Translations under genes and position numbers: made by a program
Part shown: positions 51,058 through 64,000 of the stretch, in pieces
Layout of the letters: each line of letters begins with the position of its first letter
Position numbering within the stretch: the stretch's first letter is position 1
Notes under the pieces: generated by a model
What the model was told of the DNA's origin: nothing
The model's database searches: none
The model's input: only the letters and a program-made list of their open reading frames with translations
NCBI GenBank assembly: GCA_001949185.1
Contig: BDGG01000002.1
Location: 1 to 64,000, forward strand
Direction of reading: 5' to 3'
DNA length: 64,000 nucleotides
Origin: Ramazzottius varieornatus
Taxonomy: Eukaryota; Animalia; Tardigrada

Positions 51058-52144
51058 GTCGACAACAAGCTGCTGGGACAATCTGCGAAGAAGCTGTCCA
51101 TCAAGTCTTTCTTATATTATCACAACGCATTACGTAAAAATCGAAAGGTACGAGACGCACCAGACGGTGACTATGACCAATAACATTTGGTAAACACTCA
51201 CGCAGCAAGGTAAGTCACTGTCGCGCCAATGATGCCATCGGTGCGGAACACTGGAAGCTGTCAACACCGTGACGAAACTTGGAAGGAAGACCTCCGTTGA
51301 TTAACTTGACGGTGAATCGATGCCCAGAAGAGCACGATCAAAGAAGCGCAGGCTTCGTAGCGGAGTGGTGCAAAGGTTTCCCTTCTAATGCCTCGCAAGG
51401 ATCGTATTTGTGAAGGACAACACAAACCTTCAAGCATCCCCGATGGGCCACTCAGCAGGAACTGCTAGTCTGCTACTTGCCTCTGGCAATCACTGATGTG
51501 CTGCTGAAGCGCGCGTTGCTGGAGGGAAGGACCCGTAAAGTATCCTTGACGTCATGCGTCAAAGAATAATTTGGGGAAGATTTTAGTCATGATGTAATCA
51601 TTCTGTGACGTACCAGATTGTTAATTTGACCGAAAAGTAAGGTGATTCAATCAACCTCCACCGCAGCTTGGGTATGAAAAAGAAACAAAATCACACTTCG
51701 GTTGATTGACTGCACCTGTTAGCTCAATATTTGAAAAATCACTTCTACCGGAATTCGATGCCAAGGTTTCCTATATACGACACCTGGTTCCGGTAAATTT
51801 ATGGCCTACCATTTTAACTTTGTGCGTTTTTGGCTTGCCATGCTCCGACAGACGCGCGCTTCAGCAGCACATCAGTGCTGGCAATGGCAAATTTTGATGA
51901 ATCTTTTAACTCTTTTTTCTAAATAAAAAGATTTACAAAATAATGACAGAGCCGCCTGAAACCGCATCGCAAAACGAATGGATCACTTTCGCAATATAGC
52001 GATGCGGTACGGTCGCCGAACGTCGTGATACCGCCATCATAGCAAAACGTAGCGCTTGATTGAGTTGAATGGGTGCACCGAAATTATGATGACTGTAGTG
52101 CACCGGAACCGGTAGTACCGCTTCGCCGTACACCCAATGCGAAC

Positions 52145-52424
52145 CAGCGATGGACGGGTGATTTACTCAGTGCATTATCCAAAGCACAGAACGGCTTCGC
52201 AACACCAGGCGCATCCCATCTTTGGAACGGCAATCAGTCAATCAGTATTTTCCGCATGAGAAATGATGTTCTGAATGTTGTTCGAACACCGGGTCTTTTG
52301 TTCAGTAAAGGTAGGATTTGTGCATTGATAACAAAGTTTCCTGTTACACCGGTTCTTGGCGGGTCGTAACTGACAGTCCCGTGATTTCGGATATTAGGCT
52401 GAGTAAATCACCCGTCCACCGCTG
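52145..52424. mobile_element. hAT-type MITE, family B, best-preserved copy
   Basis: TIR CAGCGATGGACGGGTGATTTACTCAG / CTGAGTAAATCACCCGTCCACCGCTG; perfect 8-bp TSD ATGCGAAC at 52137-52144 and 52425-52432. Confidence 0.93.
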
Positions 52425-52646
52425 ATGCGAACCGCGATAAATTATTTTTAAAATTAATTTTAGTTCGTTTCTTCGTCGAGGTCGGATCGATGCTGGCATC
52501 TGTTCTCCTGAGGGTTATCTTCTGACGTTCAAAGGTGATATTACTCTTTGTTGATCCTGGTAAGTGCGAGAAGGATCTGTGAGGAGATGAAGTGTGGTTG
52601 GAAGCTGCGGAGTTGATTTGTGGCTGGTTGTAGGGGTTGATCGAAG

Positions 52647-55600
52647 ATGTCTCGCTTCTTTGCCGGGAAGGACTCTGACACGGAGACAGAGTCGGAAGTC
52701 TCCGACGAAGAGCACGTCCAGCCCGTGGCCAAGTCCAAAGCCTACCAGGGGGACTTTAGCGATGACGACGAGGAGACAAAGCGAGTGGTCAGGACAGCCA
52801 AAGACAAGCGCTTCGAAGAGATTCGGAATGTCATCAAGAACGTCAAGAATTCCAAGAAGATCAAAGACGTCGGCAAAGTGCTGGAGGAGTTTGATCAGCT
52901 AACCCGGGCCTTCGCCAAGTCGCAGAAGGTTATTGAGAAGGAAGGTGTGCCAGTCTTTTACGTCCGGACACTGGTGGATTTGGAAGACTTTGTCAACCAG
53001 TCGTGGGCAGAGAAAGCCACGCTGAGCAAGCTCAACATCAAGGCGCTGGGAAGTCTCCGCTCAAAGTTTCGCAAATATGTCAAGGATTTCGAAGGCCAGA
53101 TGGCCTCCTTCAGGTTGGTTTACATTTGATCACGCTGCTTCGATGGGCACTTGTAGCCAGATGTTGTCGTAGAGTGAAATCGCAAAATATGTGACGGTAC
53201 TGAATGGATCCATTGATTGATTCTTGATTGTGAAGATTGGCTCGGCGTATGTTTGATAAGATTGTTTCATGTTTTCTATGGTTTGCTGTGTAACTTGACA
53301 GTTGATATCCTTGTAGGTTGAATCCGGTAGCTTCGGAAGAGGAGAATGTGCAGGGCGAGGAGGAGGAAGAGGAAGACGAGGATGAGACAACAGACGAGGA
53401 AGGTGGGATGACGACGGCCAAGAAGGCAAAAGGTGCCAAAGCCAAGAAAGGCAGCGACGAGATGGATGAAGATGAGGACGAGGATATGGACTGGGACACG
53501 GACAGCGAGACGTCGGAAACGGACAGTGAGGATGAGGAGCGTTACAAGAACGATCCGGCTGCTCGTTTCTTGAAGCGCCCTGGCGATGAAGAGAAGCAAC
53601 GGGAGAAGGAGAAGCAAAAGAAGAAGGTGAGTGATGCGTTTCCCCATCAACTGGCGCACTTGGGAGTGGGTGGCAGGTGGTTGCCCTTATGGTGTGCCAG
53701 GCAGTCCACGCATGAAGGTCTGTGGTGCGCCGTGTGCCGCGGCCTGGATGTCATGTGTTTTGGGGCCTTGCCAGGCTATGAGGTGTCTGTGGTAGAGCGG
53801 TATGTTGACGTTTTTGACAGACTGTGGGAAATCGTCCTGGGCATATGAGACAACGACGGGCCGAGGTGGACGAAGAGGGCTGGACGACGATGACGGACAA
53901 GCCCAAGCTGTTTAGCAAAGACGCGGAAATCAACCATGGGGTGGTGCTGAAGAAGCTGGGGGAGATTATGTCGCAGCGGGGTAAAAAGTCGACGGACCGT
54001 CAAGAGCAGATTGAGCTGATTGAAGAGCTGCGGGTGGTGGCGCGGCGAGCCGGCCTGGGGGAGGCTATCGAGCTGAAGCTGATGCTGAGCTTAATCTCCT
54101 CCATCTTTGACTATAACCCCAACATGGCCACCAACATGAAGGCCGAAGTGTGGCGACGCCTGCTGGAGACCATGGGCCAACTGGTCAAATTCTTGAACGA
54201 GCATAGCCACATGGAAGTGCTGGAGAACATTGCCGACGACGAGGAGAATGTGTCGGACCCGACGCTGCCCTACAGAGTTCACGGTCTGCCGTTGGCCCTC
54301 ATTGAACGGATGGACGATGAGTTTACCCGTATACTACAGAATACCGACGCCCATTCGCCCGACTATGTCGAGAACCTCAAGAATGAAGCAAAAGTGGTAG
54401 CCATCATCGAAGGCATGCAGGTTAGTCATGGAGACATTGCCCCCACTAGTATAGTCTAATGCCATGGCTGGTGCTTGATGATGCAGGCTTACATGGAAGG
54501 GAAGAAGGCCAACAGCGAGGACATGTGTCGCATCTATGAGCGGCGCATCGCCCACATTTACTACAAGATTGACTACAAGTTTATGGAGGGCAGCAAGAAG
54601 GGCACGGCTGCACAGGTTAGACTTGTCCTTCTTCTCTCTTGTAGGTTGTCACTAAGTGTGGCCCCAACAGGCCGGGAATGACAGCGTGTCCTGTCTTAGG
54701 CGGTGGCTGGTTCGTCGGTGGAGGTCTTAGAGCGCTTGTGCGCCTACATTTACAACCAGGACATGACAGATCGGACGCGGCTGCGGGCCATCCTGATGCG
54801 CGTCTACCATGCGGCCCTCCACGACCAGTGGTACGAGGCCCGCGACCTGATGCTCATGTCCAAGGCCCAGGATAATATTAGCCACGCCGACCCGCCCACC
54901 CAGGTCCTCTACAACCGCGCCATGGTCCAGCTGGGCATCAGTGCCTTCCGAGCAGGCAAGAGGCTACCACTGCCCCTCACTGACCTCTATACTTCATGCT
55001 CATGCTCATGCTTTGCAGGTAACATCAACGAAGCCCACAACGCCCTGATGGATATCCAGAGCTCGGGCCGTCCCAAGGAGCTCTTGGCTCAGGGCCTGCT
55101 GCCTGTTCGCCAGCACGAACGCAGCCCCGAACAGGAGAAGATTGAGAAGCGCCGGCAGATGCCCTTCCATATGCACATCAACCTCGACGTCCTCGAATGC
55201 GTCTACCTGGTAAGCATTCAATATCCCTCTTGGCCCTCAAGTGTCATGACGGCGAGAATGTAGCGCTGGACCTCAGACGCTTACCTGCCTATAAGGGGAC
55301 TATGGAGTTTGTGTGTAACGCTGTATGCAGCTGGCTGATGGAGAGAGAGGTTATGGTAGCCCCTTACTGCCGATTCAGGGCTGTATGTACAGTGTGGCTG
55401 ACCGCCTTGTTGGTGTCTGGTAGGTGTCGGCCATGTTTATCGAAGTGCCATACCTGGCAGCGCACGAGAACGAGCAGCGACGGCGCATCATCAGCAAGTA
55501 CTTTTACCACTCGATGAAGCAGAGCGAGCGTCACGCCTTGTCGGGGCCGCCAGAGACGCTGCCCGAGTACGTTATCGCCGCTAGCAAGGCCATGAAGACG

Positions 55601-56434
55601 GGCGACTGGAAGCGCTGCAAAGACTTGATCCTGTCGGATAAGCTCAACAAGCGCGTCTGGAACTTTTTCTACGAGGCCGACAAGATTCGCAGCATGCTGG
55701 CTGCCCGCCTGCAGCAGTGCAGCCTGCGCTGCTTCATGTTCTCCAACAGCGCCTTCTACGACGCCATCTCCGTCAAGACACTCAGCCAGATGTTTGACCT
55801 GACCAAAGAGGTAGGTACCCCTCCTCTCCACTGAGACATGAGCATAATATAGCAACTAGTTGAGCAAAGTCGAGCAGAGAGGCTGTGCTTTGTCCAAGTG
55901 GCGCACGCTACCGCCCATCAAGTGCGGCAAGTCTGCGCCACAGCCACACAATGTCATCGATTTTGTCGGCCGGCACACATTCACTTGTGACATTTTGATG
56001 GGAGAAGGGCTGTGTGTCTGTCCTTGTAGGAGATATTGAGTGTGATGGGGAAGATGATTGTGACGGAAGACTTGGCGGCGTCGGTGGACGAGCCCAGCCA
56101 GACGGTCATCATGCACCGGACGGAGCCTAGTCGCGTTCAACAGCTGGCGCTGCAGCTGTCCGACAAGCTGTCCCTCTTTGTGGAGACCAACGAGAAGCTA
56201 CTGGACATGAAGACGCCCAACAATCAGCGGGCCAAAACCTGGACCGACCGTCGACAGCACCAGGGGGGACAGGGACAGGGACATGGACAGGCAGCCTATC
56301 AGGAGCGCCAACACGGCGCCGACCGCCAGCACCACACCTACCAGGACAGAGGCCACAACAACTACCAGCCTCGACAGCATAACAACTATAACGATCGACA
56401 ATATAACCACTACAATGACCTCTCCGCCTACTAA
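52647..56434 (+). CDS. EIF3C: Eukaryotic translation initiation factor 3 subunit C
   Basis: [85 protein letters not shown] domain; about 8 exons. Confidence 0.97.
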
Positions 56435-56757
56435 CATATATTGCAAGGCTACTACTCGTCTTCTTTCCGCCATCTTCAAATATCGCTAGCGCTTTTTTAT
56501 CCTCCCCCCTTGTATTTGTATCTTGTCTATTGGTATAAAGGACCATGCTGAAGGGTTTTCCCCTGAAACTCGATTGGGTGGAACCTGCTGCACAGCTTAC
56601 TGGACTTTGATGTCTCCTGCAGTGCACCTTGTCGTGTTTAGAGTTATTACTGTGTTAGCGGGGTATGCAGGTAGGTGCTGCAGGACAGCGCTAGCCTTAA
56701 TTGCCCCTCTGTGGCTACTGCTCAAGAGTGTGTTGCAATGGGAATGTGGCATCATTT

Positions 56758-58399
56758 TTATTGGCGCCATATTCTTTTGGGTACGTAGGGACAAGGTGTG
56801 GGTATAGGGACGCAGTCAGCGGGGTTGATACCCATCAGATGCGCTCGATCGCGTAACAAGCATTCGCGCTTGCGGTCCAACTCGCGGATGGTACCAGTAT
56901 AACCCAAGAGGGTCAGCTCGATAACTTCCAGATGGGAAGCGTAATCATCTTCCAGCGGTAAGTCGTCCAGTAAGGACATGGTATCGTGGCGGAAAGGCAG
57001 ATGGCCCATCTTGCGTGTCTCCATCAGCAGTTCAAACTGATCGATGGCCCCTTCACCCAGCACCTTCAGCTGCATGTAGAACTTGTGGAGAAGGGCAATC
57101 TGTACCTTGACTTTGGCCGACAGAATGTCCTTGTTCTCCAGCAGAGCTTCGTAGCGTAGGTCGCGCTGGATGAGGCAACAGCGCAACTTGTCATAATACT
57201 TGCCCAGGCGGGCCTGCTCGTAATCGAGGACCTCCTGGTAGTAGGCACGATTATTGATATTCTCCTCTTTGCCCTGCTTCTTCAGTGTCTTGAGGTCACC
57301 AGAGAGGGTTTCGCGGATGGTCTTGAAGCGCTTATACTTGAGGGAGGTGGCGTGGTAGGCTTGCTTGGCTTTCTGCTGCGACTGGCGCAGGCAGACGCTG
57401 GCCTCCTGATAGGCTTCCTGCAGGCCATTCCATAATTCCAGGCAGCGCATCAGCTCGCACATGACGGTGAAGTAGCACTGGTTGTAGCCGCGCATACTGG
57501 AGGCTAGCTCGCTGTGGACGTGATCATACAACTGCATAACATACTGATCCTTACTGTCCAAGAGGGCCTTTCGCCGTCGGGCTCGCTTCAGCCGCTGCTC
57601 TTTGGCCACCATCAGCTCGTTGGCTTGTAGGTGGTACTCCATCTCCCGGACCAGACTGAGCTGTAGCTGCTCGCGATCCTCCTCCATCAGCTGTACATTG
57701 CTCCTCTTCGTGTCCCTCATCCGCCGAAGGTCGTCCAGCCTGCAACAGCACAAGACATATTAATGCCTTACACGGCGCCCAACTAACTGCTTGCCGTTGC
57801 CGTTGCCGTTGCCGTTACCGTTACCGTCCGTCGTAGATGGACCTCAGCAAGTGAGGGATATGATGACTGGGCGTACCTTGAACGTACCTGTAGAGGAGGA
57901 CAGAGACCTCGTTCCGGGTACACTGTATCTGTTCAATCTTCCAGTGGATGTTGGTGCGCAGATCGTCGTCGGTCCGCGGATGCTGGTAGGCCACGGCGCT
58001 AAAGTGATACTGAAAGTGGGCGGCCGGATCGACACCGGTATTCCTCAGCTGCTGACTATACTTTGGCAGGTCATTATCTTCGGGGCGAGGGGCTGGAGGG
58101 AGGGGCTGCTTCTTCTTGGTCCGCCGTGATATGGAGGTTTTGGCTTGGCGATACTTGCTGGGATCTTCGCCTTCCAGCAGGGGCAAGGTCTCGGCGTCCT
58201 CCGGCGCCTCCACCAGACTGAACTTGACATTCTCCCTCCCTGCAGTGGCCGTGTCGCCTCCTCCACCACCAGCCTTCTCCTTGCCTATCTTGTCTTTACC
58301 AAAAACGGCACGACGCAGAGAACTCTTTTTGGGCACCGGCGGCAGAAGGGTGGCCGATGGCGTCAGCAGCGGCAGCTCGTTGTTGAAAGGATCGGCCAT
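56758..58399 (-). CDS. Uncharacterised coiled-coil protein, 2 exons (~520 aa)
   Basis: Two long ORFs joined by a phase-2 GT-AG intron (about 57740-57824); heptad-like E/Q/L/R/K-rich helical region. Confidence 0.72.
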
Positions 58400-59253
58400 A
58401 GGCACAACACTATATCACTATAAGTATAATCAGTAACGATGGCTGGCCCTTCCTGCCTTGTCAACTTGGTTGGTAACAAATAAGACGCGATAGAATGATA
58501 CCACAAAAGAGGTCAGGCCTGGTAGAAAGCTGATCAACATTCCCCCCTGTATTATCTTGATCCTCCGCCAAGAAGAGAGGAATAGGCCGGTTAAAGAATG
58601 ACCACTACAGACCAACTGTTCCATGATGGCTTCTAACCAGATGCGCCTTGACCTTCACTCATCCTCTTTAAGCCGTCAGCTTGTCTTCGAAATGCATTGG
58701 CTTCCAAGGTTGCTATCCTGGCAATTACGGTAACAAACTCAGTTCGAATATCATTGGAGAAAGTCGGTTATAGCTGCCTCATTCATTTCCAGCAAGAGCG
58801 CCACAACCTGAAAGTGCTTGCCTATAATATAGCTTTACCGCTGGTACCTCCTCATTCCAGTAGATATTCCCTTTGACATACATTGATCAAGTGTTTCATC
58901 TCACACCACGGGCGGAGGAAAAGGGAGACTCGGCCTGACGGTCAGAGAGCTGCGCAGCATATGCCCACTTTCGGCACTTTGTCGACAAAATGGATCATAT
59001 TTCGGATGCGCAAGACGAACAAAGTGCACAAGTACAGTACTTACTTCCCTGGAGCTCATTCGGCCTGTGACGCCTGTTAGGACTATATACATTACCGGCG
59101 GCCATTCAACAATAATAAAGCAGCTTTCAGGGTAGATATGCCATGGCTAACAATTTGTAGTACTTGTAGTTGCTGTAGTCTCTCTTTTCCTTGCCGGCCG
59201 CCGAAGCGTGCTCGTTGGTGTGTCCGACCTAAGATAGGTCTCCGCTGTCTAAA

Positions 59254-61253
59254 ATGCGCCAGTCAACAATGGCAGTCCCTGGCAGTTTTCTGCAGGCTTT
59301 CAGCCATGATCCTTGGCTAGGACAGCAGCCTGTAAGCTGTCAGTGCACTTCCTGGTACCCGGCCTCTTATCTTCTGTCATTGATTGGTTGTCCGGACAGA
59401 GCTGCGGCCAAGGCCCGGTGCTGCTGGGGCCAACGTCTGCGCCATCTCCTCTTCTGCCTATTCCTGGCTGTGACTTTGGCCTGGTTTTTGGTCTTCACCT
59501 TCAGTACCTACTATCAAACCATCGGCCAGCACGCCCAACAGCAAGCCAAAGGGGCCACAGACTCCAGCTTGATCATCCGCATTCTCGATGACATCTCCTG
59601 GGTCTGCATCATGCTGCGCAACGCCCTCATTCTCCTCCTGGCTTCTCGCTCTGCACAAATATTCCACCACCTAACCTTCCAGTTATCCAAGCTATCCGCA
59701 TCGCTTCATGCAAAAAGACTGAGCTCAGCCAAGAATGCTGGCGCTAGGTACGCCATGGGCCATTTTGTAGTATCCTTGATGGCTGTCATCATGACGTCTT
59801 TGCTGTGTCTGACCTACTGGAACCGTCCCAACTATTCACAGCTGTACACCTCCTGGCCGTTAGACCCCTTCCCTATCTCCCTTCAATACTGGCAGGTTTC
59901 ACTCTTGATGATTTTCTTGTGCTTTCTTCCCTTTGTGCTGGCGCAGTCCATCCTATCCAGCCTCGTCGGTCTTGGCCATGACGCTTTCATCCTCATGAAG
60001 AACGTCAACCACTCCCTGGGAGAGGCTGCAAAAGACAAGAGCATTAGTCGACAAATATTGGGCCGAACTGACCACCTTCAAGGTAAAAAGGCACAGAAGA
60101 TCCCGACTGGTTGCAAGGGGCAGGGATGGACTGGACTTATACTTAAGCACCTGCACACAGCGGGCCGCATGCTTCTCTACGGCCTGCTTGTATGCAGGTG
60201 CCTGCAGGAATATTCCTACCGTCGATCTCTGCTGACTACTGCTTATGGAACGCTCTATTCAAGTATATTATCCGTACATCTCGTAGACTGTAATTTATCT
60301 TCGGAAAGTGGGAGCAGTTCGGTTGCCGCAAGCAGCGGGACGGAGGAACCTCGGAGCGAGTGCGATGTCCATCAGCCTATGGAGCAGGCGGTGGGCCAAC
60401 TGCGATTTCAACACTTTAAAATCTGCCGATTGGTGGAGGAGATTAGCCAAAGCTTCTCGGGAATACTACTGACTGCCCTGATGGCCGACCTGATGTCGGC
60501 TGTGGGTTTCGTCGGTGTCATCATCGGCTACAAGAGTAGCCCACGCGCCCAGCCCATGATGGTCCTCTTTGACCGGGCCTACCAGGGCATCGCTGCGCTG
60601 CTGTGGATGGTCTTCTTCCTCTGTGCACAGTACTGGCCTTTCGTCAAACTCCACGAAGAAGTACTCTGAATTAAAGCAGATGCCAATTATTCAACTGTTG
60701 GTCGTTATTTCCTCAGGTTAAATTTTGACATGCTTTCCCAGGCGGAGACGACTTACCACCTGGTCCACAAGTTATCGCTGGTCAACGGCAACCGAATGCA
60801 CCAGGTGCGTCCGCGAGGCTTCCCCCCAATGAGTAATCTGCAAGAAGACAAGGATGAAATGATAAATTGCTCTAGCTTTCCTTTTGCTTGACAGAGAGAG
60901 ATCACTCACTTTCTATTGGCCACCAAAGATGCTCACGTCGGTGTCATCGCCGGCAAGCTCTTTCTCTTTTCCAGAAACTTATGCGCAACTGTAAGTACAC
61001 AGCCGGCACTCCATCTCTTACCACTGTCAATCAGCCCCTTTCTACAATGTAGATGGTCAGTTTCCTTTGCTCGTTCGGCGTGATCCTTTACGAGCTACTG
61101 CACAAGGACCAGTCGGGAGGACTGGCATCCATCATCGAGTCAGCAGAACTCGGCCACCGACTCAACGGCACCCTCAACTCCAGCCTCTTACTGGCACTGC
61201 AGCACGCCAACACTTCCTCCTCTTCTGGACGACACGGCAGCATGGAACTCTGA
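59254..61253 (+). CDS. Gustatory receptor-like 7TM chemoreceptor
   Basis: Multiple TM segments; LRFQHFKICRLVEEISQSFSGILL; short phase-0 3' exons; C-terminal AGKLFLFSRNLCATMVSFLCSFGVILYEL resembling the GR TM7 signature. Confidence 0.75.
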
Positions 61254-61482
61254 CCTCAAGATCAAGATGTAATAATTCTCAGACAAAGCATTTCGCAAGG
61301 ATGACTGCGGCGAAGGCCACTCTGAAAGTATTAATCAAACTATTCAACGAGTTTATAATAAATAAGCCTAAGAATTGAGGAGTTACGCTAAAAGCTCAAA
61401 ATCACACATGATGGAAAAGATGGAGTAGGGAGTTGACCTTTGGTGTTGGCAACAAGCAAGGAAGGTAATACTGGCTGCATGC

Positions 61483-62991
<1,509 letters not shown>

Positions 62992-63541
62992 CTTGGCGAG
63001 GTGCTTGTACCGGTCCGCTAAATCGATTCCCTCAGAGTGATGATCAGCCTTCATTAAACACGGCCAACAACTGGGGGAACGCGCGCTCACGCTGGAGAAG
63101 AAATCAAGAATGGAGAAATCATTTGCGGCTTACGAATTACGAAATTACAAAAAAATTTTAACGGACGTAAACAAGCCTTGGGCGGTGCTAAAATGTTTTC
63201 CCAATACTAAGAACCGAATGTTCAAAGTACGAGTTTTAATTCGTTCAAAAAGCTTCAAGGCGGTCCGCTTCTCATTCTCATTGAAATGGAAAGTCGTGGG
63301 GTACAATCAGATAGCGACCCCACAGGCTCGTCGCATGACACCCCGCAACGCGATCACTCACCATCAGTTCCAACTCGCGCAATCAACGAGCGTTTGATTG
63401 ATTGCTCCTGATCGGTAGAATTTTCGGCTCATGAACTTTTTCGGGGTCCTCTTCACATCATTTGATTCATTTTCCACAGTTTAGTCTTCCTTCTCATCTT
63501 TATCTCTTCATATCCTCGTTCCCGTTCACTTCAGCCCCACC

Positions 63542-64000
63542 ATGTCGGCCAAACCCGTAAGTCCAAACCTGTTATTCCACCGTGGAAGTTATTCCTCAGT
63601 GAGTGTTTTTGCAGAAGTCTGATGCCAAAAGCAAGTCCAACAAGGGACAAGGTGAGAAAGGTGCTGCTAAGCCTAAAGATGCCACGTTGAACCAGGCTGG
63701 AAGTGCTGCCGCCAAGCAACCTGCCCCTGCCAAGGCACCAACCTCCTCCAAGGCTCCAGCCCCTGCTCCAGCCCCTGCTCCAGCCGCTGCCCAAGCCGTC
63801 AAGAAGAAGGGATCGGACCAGGCAGCCGCAGGTGCCAAGCAAGCCAAGTCGGAGAAGCCAGCGACGGCTGCTGTCCAACAAGCTGCCGGCGGACCTCCTC
63901 AGGCTCAGGCTCAGGCCCAGGCTCAGGCTCAGGCCCAAGCCCAGGCACCAGCTTCCGATGCCGCTCCTGCTGCACCCAAGGAGAAGAAGGCCAAGACGGA
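63542..64000 (+). CDS. 5' part of an Ala/Lys/Pro/Gln-rich protein, truncated by the window edge
   Basis: Exon 1 MSAKP|GTAAGT, intron 63557-63614, exon 2 open to the window end with PAPAPA and (QA)n runs. Confidence 0.7.

Noticed and set aside
57791-57825. (GCCGTT)n hexamer run giving a PLPLPL ORF
   Set aside because: A microsatellite at the intron donor of the minus-strand gene; the plus-strand ORF is a shadow.
63542-64000. Identification as Dsup
   Set aside because: Only compositional similarity; no matching sequence is visible.

Overview
Gene-dense eukaryotic (invertebrate animal) genomic DNA with mostly short GT-AG introns and four 50-N assembly gaps. The compaction and gene set (gustatory-receptor-like gene, GT31, SLC22, Ly6) fit a compact ecdysozoan such as a tardigrade; this is inference, not proof. 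Recognisable genes: phospholipid scramblase, a stand-alone DOMON protein, a Ly6/three-finger GPI protein, cyclin T, a PLEKHG5/7-like DH-PH RhoGEF, a GT31 glycosyltransferase, a WD40 protein, SIRT4, an MFSD1-like transporter, type I PIP5K, eIF3c, a gustatory-receptor-like protein and PRPP synthetase. Apparent pseudogenes: SLC22, a second MFS copy, a chromo-barrel gene and a hAT transposase. Highlights: (1) three diverged, clustered paralogs of a secreted ~150-aa four-cysteine protein (C-x-YYSDGSN-[IV]-C) with identical 4-exon structure, matching no family I recognise; (2) a hAT system readable from sequence: a decayed ~4-kb element with an intron-containing CGGBP1-like transposase, three non-autonomous relatives sharing its ends, and nested 8-bp-TSD MITEs, with family ends lying just upstream of three genes; (3) orphan basic/disordered proteins, two probable GC-AG introns and a GT31 with an Asp-to-Asn change at the predicted catalytic base. 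Exon boundaries were read by eye and some are approximate.
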